Shown here: in pieces, positions 60,301 to 64,000 of the stretch
Layout of the letters: each line of letters opens with the position of its first letter
Numbering within the stretch: position 1 is the stretch's first letter
Assembly: GCA_047495785.1 (NCBI GenBank)
Contig: JBLDXI010000003.1
Span: 682,001 to 746,000, forward strand
Direction: 5' to 3'
DNA from: Lepidodermella squamata
Taxonomy: Eukaryota; Animalia; Gastrotricha
Length of the DNA: 64,000 nt
Position numbers and translations under genes: made by a program
Notes under the pieces: model-generated
What the model was told of the DNA's origin: nothing
Database searches by the model: none
The model's input: the letters and a program-made list of their open reading frames with translations, nothing else

Positions 60301-62307
60301 CGCAAAATTTAAGCCTCTAATTGCTACCTGAACGCAGAAAACTCGGCTCAAAATGTAGCTGAACTCCTGCTTTTTCATCGCTTGACTCCTCTCGCAATCG
60401 TTTGAACTCACGCTGTTGAACTAGTTTGACCCGCGAGTGCCTTAGGAACTCGACAATTTTGCCATTTAACTTCTCGAGCAGCGCATCAAAGGATGACACG
60501 ACCCGCTGCTTCTCGGTAACAGTCACGGCCCGCTTCTCCGTAATGCATTGGACTAGGCCGAATGATTGATTTTTTCTGGTCGCCAAAGCATTCTGTACCG
60601 CAGTTTTCGCACTTGCTGTCCCAGCATTCTTCCGCTTTCAAGTCATCGCCGTTGCACAGGATGCTTTCCCGTCCTGATGAGTGATATGGGTGTTTTCGAC
60701 TCCGGTGAATCTGATTTGACATCACATGGATGACCCGACTCTTCCTCGACCTAGTTTCGGACAATTATCTGTTGAAATGGGTGTCCAAATCACCTTGAAG
60801 GTCGCAGCGGAGCTCAATATGGGTGTTACGGCCTTCGCGATATCGTAGAATACATTTGTATTGGAGTCATTCTTGACCTATCATCACCTAACTTCTCCTC
60901 GCATGCCCTTGCAGTATTAGAACGTAGCGTAGCGAATGCTGTAAAGAACATAGTTTTCTTCAAAGCTTTGCGGCCGTGACTTGGAAGCATTACCGACAGA
61001 GCCTTTTGTAGATGAGCAGAGCAAAGAATGATCAGAATCAAAAAATTACTTGGGATTGTTTCGATTACATCTCCACCTTTCAAAGACTCGAATAACATAA
61101 TCAAGGTTCGTTTCAGCATCTGATCGTTGATAACGTTAAGCAATACGAGTGGTCAACTACAACTCCATACGGCAGAGAAATAGAGCCATAATGTGCCTAA
61201 CCAGCTCTCCGAAAGCCGAGAAAATACTGAAAAGCGACGGATCTTTGGTCCCAATGTCAGAACATTGGGTCCGTCTAAGACAGGCGAAAATGACACGGCG
61301 GTGATATAAGCGACTCTTTTTCCAGTCAACCAGGGGTTTTTCAGTGGCCGCATTGACAGTTTTCTCAGCTGCTAAAATTTGCTGCTGGGGCGAATTTTCG
61401 GGAGACCGTCGACGTCAAACGCTTTATGCATTTTAGGCAAAAAGTAAATGTATCGGTCGCGAGACGGTTCGAGGTCGAGACCGCGGAGCAGCTTGCGTTG
61501 CGCCGCGGTACCTGAGGCGTTGATTCGCTCGACCAGAGACTTCATCGATTCGAGCCCAGCGGTCTTCTGTGGCGTTGACGTAGTTGGCGGTCGACAGATA
61601 TTTCGTAGCCATCCGGTTGTAGTCTTCTTTCTTGAGGTAAACCAAGGCCGAGCCCTTGTCTGACTTCTTAAAAACGCCGTTCTTGCGGAGCGCCTTGAGC
61701 CTTCGCAGTTGCGGGTCGTCGTTGAGTGGGCCGATGCGGACGGTACGAGCTGGCTGCGCGTGGCGGATAACAACTTGGCCGTTGATGCCCACGATGGGCC
61801 CGATGAACCGTTTTGAAATAGGCACGGCGGGTACTTGCACGTCGTAGCCGTGGTCTGCGCGCGGTTGGACGGTGGCGTCTAAAAGATTAGAAATTGTTTG
61901 TAGTGAGGCATATTTTTCTTTTTTGGTGAAATTTATAATTTTTAGGCCCCGCTCGAGTGCCTGTTTCTCGGCGGGCGCCAAACTCCCTGTCAAATCAATG
62001 ACTGACGGCAGGCCATATCATTTGACTTCCATGACTTTTAATTTTTGAAAAACGAAAAAAAAATAAGAGTTACTATTAAATTGATGTTTTTTATTTTGAA
62101 TATTTGTACTTTGCATACGTTTCTATAAATCATTAATTTCTTTACAACTGGCAGGTTTTACATCGCATTCTGGCGTCATTCCCTGGCCTGCTCTACCTGA
62201 AGCTGCCGATCGAGTGGGCGCCGGCGTCCGAGTTCGAAGAATCTCGCCTGCAACTGGCGAATCTGCGCCGTTGCTACCCGAAATGTGCCATTCAGACGCA
62301 GCTGTGA
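57336..62307 (+). CDS. F-box/LRR-repeat protein with long N-terminal extension (FBXL4-like layout), about 655 aa
   Basis: Exons (57336-57338 ATG, tentative), 57703-58179, 58392-58814, 59224-60135, 62155-62307, all phase 0. F-box LDALPAELILLILSKI..VNRRLR followed by LRRs (LDTLDLSSC, LRCLSLANT, LQVLNLSG, LVALDLSN). Confidence 0.75.
60320..61150 (-). mobile_element. Degenerate DNA-transposon coding fragments within the F-box gene intron
   Basis: Broken frames with a Cys cluster (ECWDSKCENCG), FLRH..K..Q and a CxxH motif (LCSAHL) resembling transposases. Family not assignable. Confidence 0.4.
61375..62000 (-). mobile_element. Penelope-like element RT N-terminal fragment (intronic, frameshifted)
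   Basis: EKQALERGLK, FKKSDKGSALVYLKKEDY and YFLPKMHK..PKIRP match Penelope RT motifs (L.KGL.F, KADKG..V....DY, LPKIHK...RP). Confidence 0.78.
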
Positions 62308-62859
62308 TGATGACAACGTGAGCCATCATCTGAGCTGATCGTGACGAGACCACGTATATATAGAATCGAACAATCGCAATCGAAAGTCGTGAAACAAAAA
62401 AATGGGGAGAAAACGCACTTTCATTTCCTTTATGATGAAATATCAATTCTAATATATTGTGCATTTCTGATAGAAAAAATGATTATTATTCCTACTGCAT
62501 TTACGATTCCTTGTAATATATTATATTCTGTCTTTTTTCACTGTTTGCGTTTTTGGGGCTTCCTAATGTCGAGTGAAAAAACAATATTTAGGGAAGATGA
62601 AGAAAAAACCTTGAAAAAACCAGCTCAATTTTGCACAAAACGAAACAATATTCGTCTATTAATTGAACAATAATTCCCACTTGAGAAAGCAGGAATCATT
62701 TATCCGCTTTAAAATCTGGATACAATTTTATTCGAGTCGATATTTTCTCGGAGAAAAACTGACAAACAAACAAATCTTGTTGTGGCAAAACTGTAAATAA
62801 AGATTTTATTGAATTTTTCTATTTTTTTTAGAATTTTTGTTGTTTTTATTACTTGAAAC

Positions 62860-63598
62860 ATGGCGACTTTCGGCGTGTTGGACGACATGAAAAACGGCCT
62901 GCATTCAACTTTCGAGAAGATGCGCTACAAACTGCAGAAAAACGCGGCTAAAATGATGTCGTCCAATCACCACAACGGCAATAACTACGACCGTAGCAAC
63001 TCTAGTCCAGACTACGACGACGATAACAACAGCAACTACTACGCGCCGATTTCTCAGATCGAATCAAATCAAGACTACTCGCCGTCCGATATTGGCCTGC
63101 TGCCGTTGGAACGCGAATCCAGTTGTTTACAGGAGGTTCTAGAACGAAACGGCGCCATAGCCGAGGCGAGGAAAAGTCCTAAAAAATCATCGAATTTGCA
63201 ATTTGAAAACCAACTAGTCGACGCATTTCGCTCAAATTCCTTCTCAGTATCTAGCAATAATGCTAGTAAAATCAACGAATTTAACGTGAAAAAGCCTGTC
63301 GAGGCGTGCCTTGTTGATTTGAATGGCGAAACTGCGAATGGCCATCACCAGAATTTGTCCCTGCAGCGATCGCTGTCGCTATCGGCGGCTTCAGGGCAGA
63401 CTTCGTCGGATCTGCTCGATGTGTTCACTGCGTCGAGTGGCGGCGGCAACAGGCCGGCTGCCGATGCGTTGTCTTCCGTGTTTGATAGCAAGCAGGACGA
63501 AGGTTTTGCGTCGTCTTTCGCCTCGACTCTCAAGCCTGTTCAAGTCGGCTCTCTTCCAAACAACGAGCCGAGCAAAACTGATCCATTTGCTTCCATTT
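62860..63598 (+). CDS. First coding exon of an unassigned gene (disordered Ser/Asn-rich N-terminus, DLL and DPF motifs, possibly an endocytic accessory protein); continues beyond this exon
   Basis: Long ORF from ATG 62860 ending at a strong donor T|GTAAGT at 63599. Confidence 0.55.
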
Positions 63599-64000
63599 GT
63601 AAGTTTCATTTTTTTGCCACCCTCGAAGTTTCAATATCAAGTCAGAACAATTTGAGATTGAATATCCTATGGCAAAATTGATATTGTAACAACCCGGAAC
63701 AAATTTATTTGGAATCTCCTCTCAAACGTTTTTCAGTTGTTTTTTGCAGAGCAAAAATCGAACGCAATTTTTCCGATTTGAAATTTTTGAAAATCAGGAA
63801 CATAATCCCGACTAAAATGTACTACTAATCATCTAGAAAACGTTAACTAAGTCAATTTCTTCTGGTTGATTGAGGCGAAATCCGTTACCCGAGCTGACTT
63901 ATCAAACTTTGAAAATTGAAATTCCACCGCAGAAAATTGGAAATTTAGGCTGGTTCTTAAATTTTCGACTTTGCGAGGTGTCTTGAAACTAGGACATTCT

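Overview
Eukaryotic (metazoan) genomic DNA with many short (about 50 nt) GT-AG introns and TTTCAG/TTTTAG-type acceptors. This style is nematode-like, but the taxon cannot be fixed from sequence alone. The window has two parts. 1-41 kb is a transposon-littered accessory island, and 42-64 kb carries housekeeping genes (SLC35E1, NIPBL, an F-box/LRR gene, and the start of another gene). Main discovery: the separate 'RING' and 'ankyrin' ORFs in the track splice together through canonical phase-0 introns. They form a tandem family of four intact RING / atypical B-box / coiled-coil / ankyrin-repeat genes (TRIM-like E3 ligases with an ankyrin C-terminus, 680-729 aa), plus a fifth copy with a degenerate RING and no ankyrin exon. 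Interleaved are five intronless secreted papain-family proteases. These have an acidified ERFNIN prodomain, a furin site followed by a hypervariable disulfide module, and a different S2-pocket residue in each copy. Also present: a clan-3 cytochrome P450 with a 5' pseudogene fragment, a 5'-inverted (twin-primed) RTE-like LINE with a perfect 12-bp TSD, and Helitron, Gypsy, MULE, CR1, hAT-MITE and Penelope remnants. All gene models were spliced by eye and need RNA-seq confirmation.
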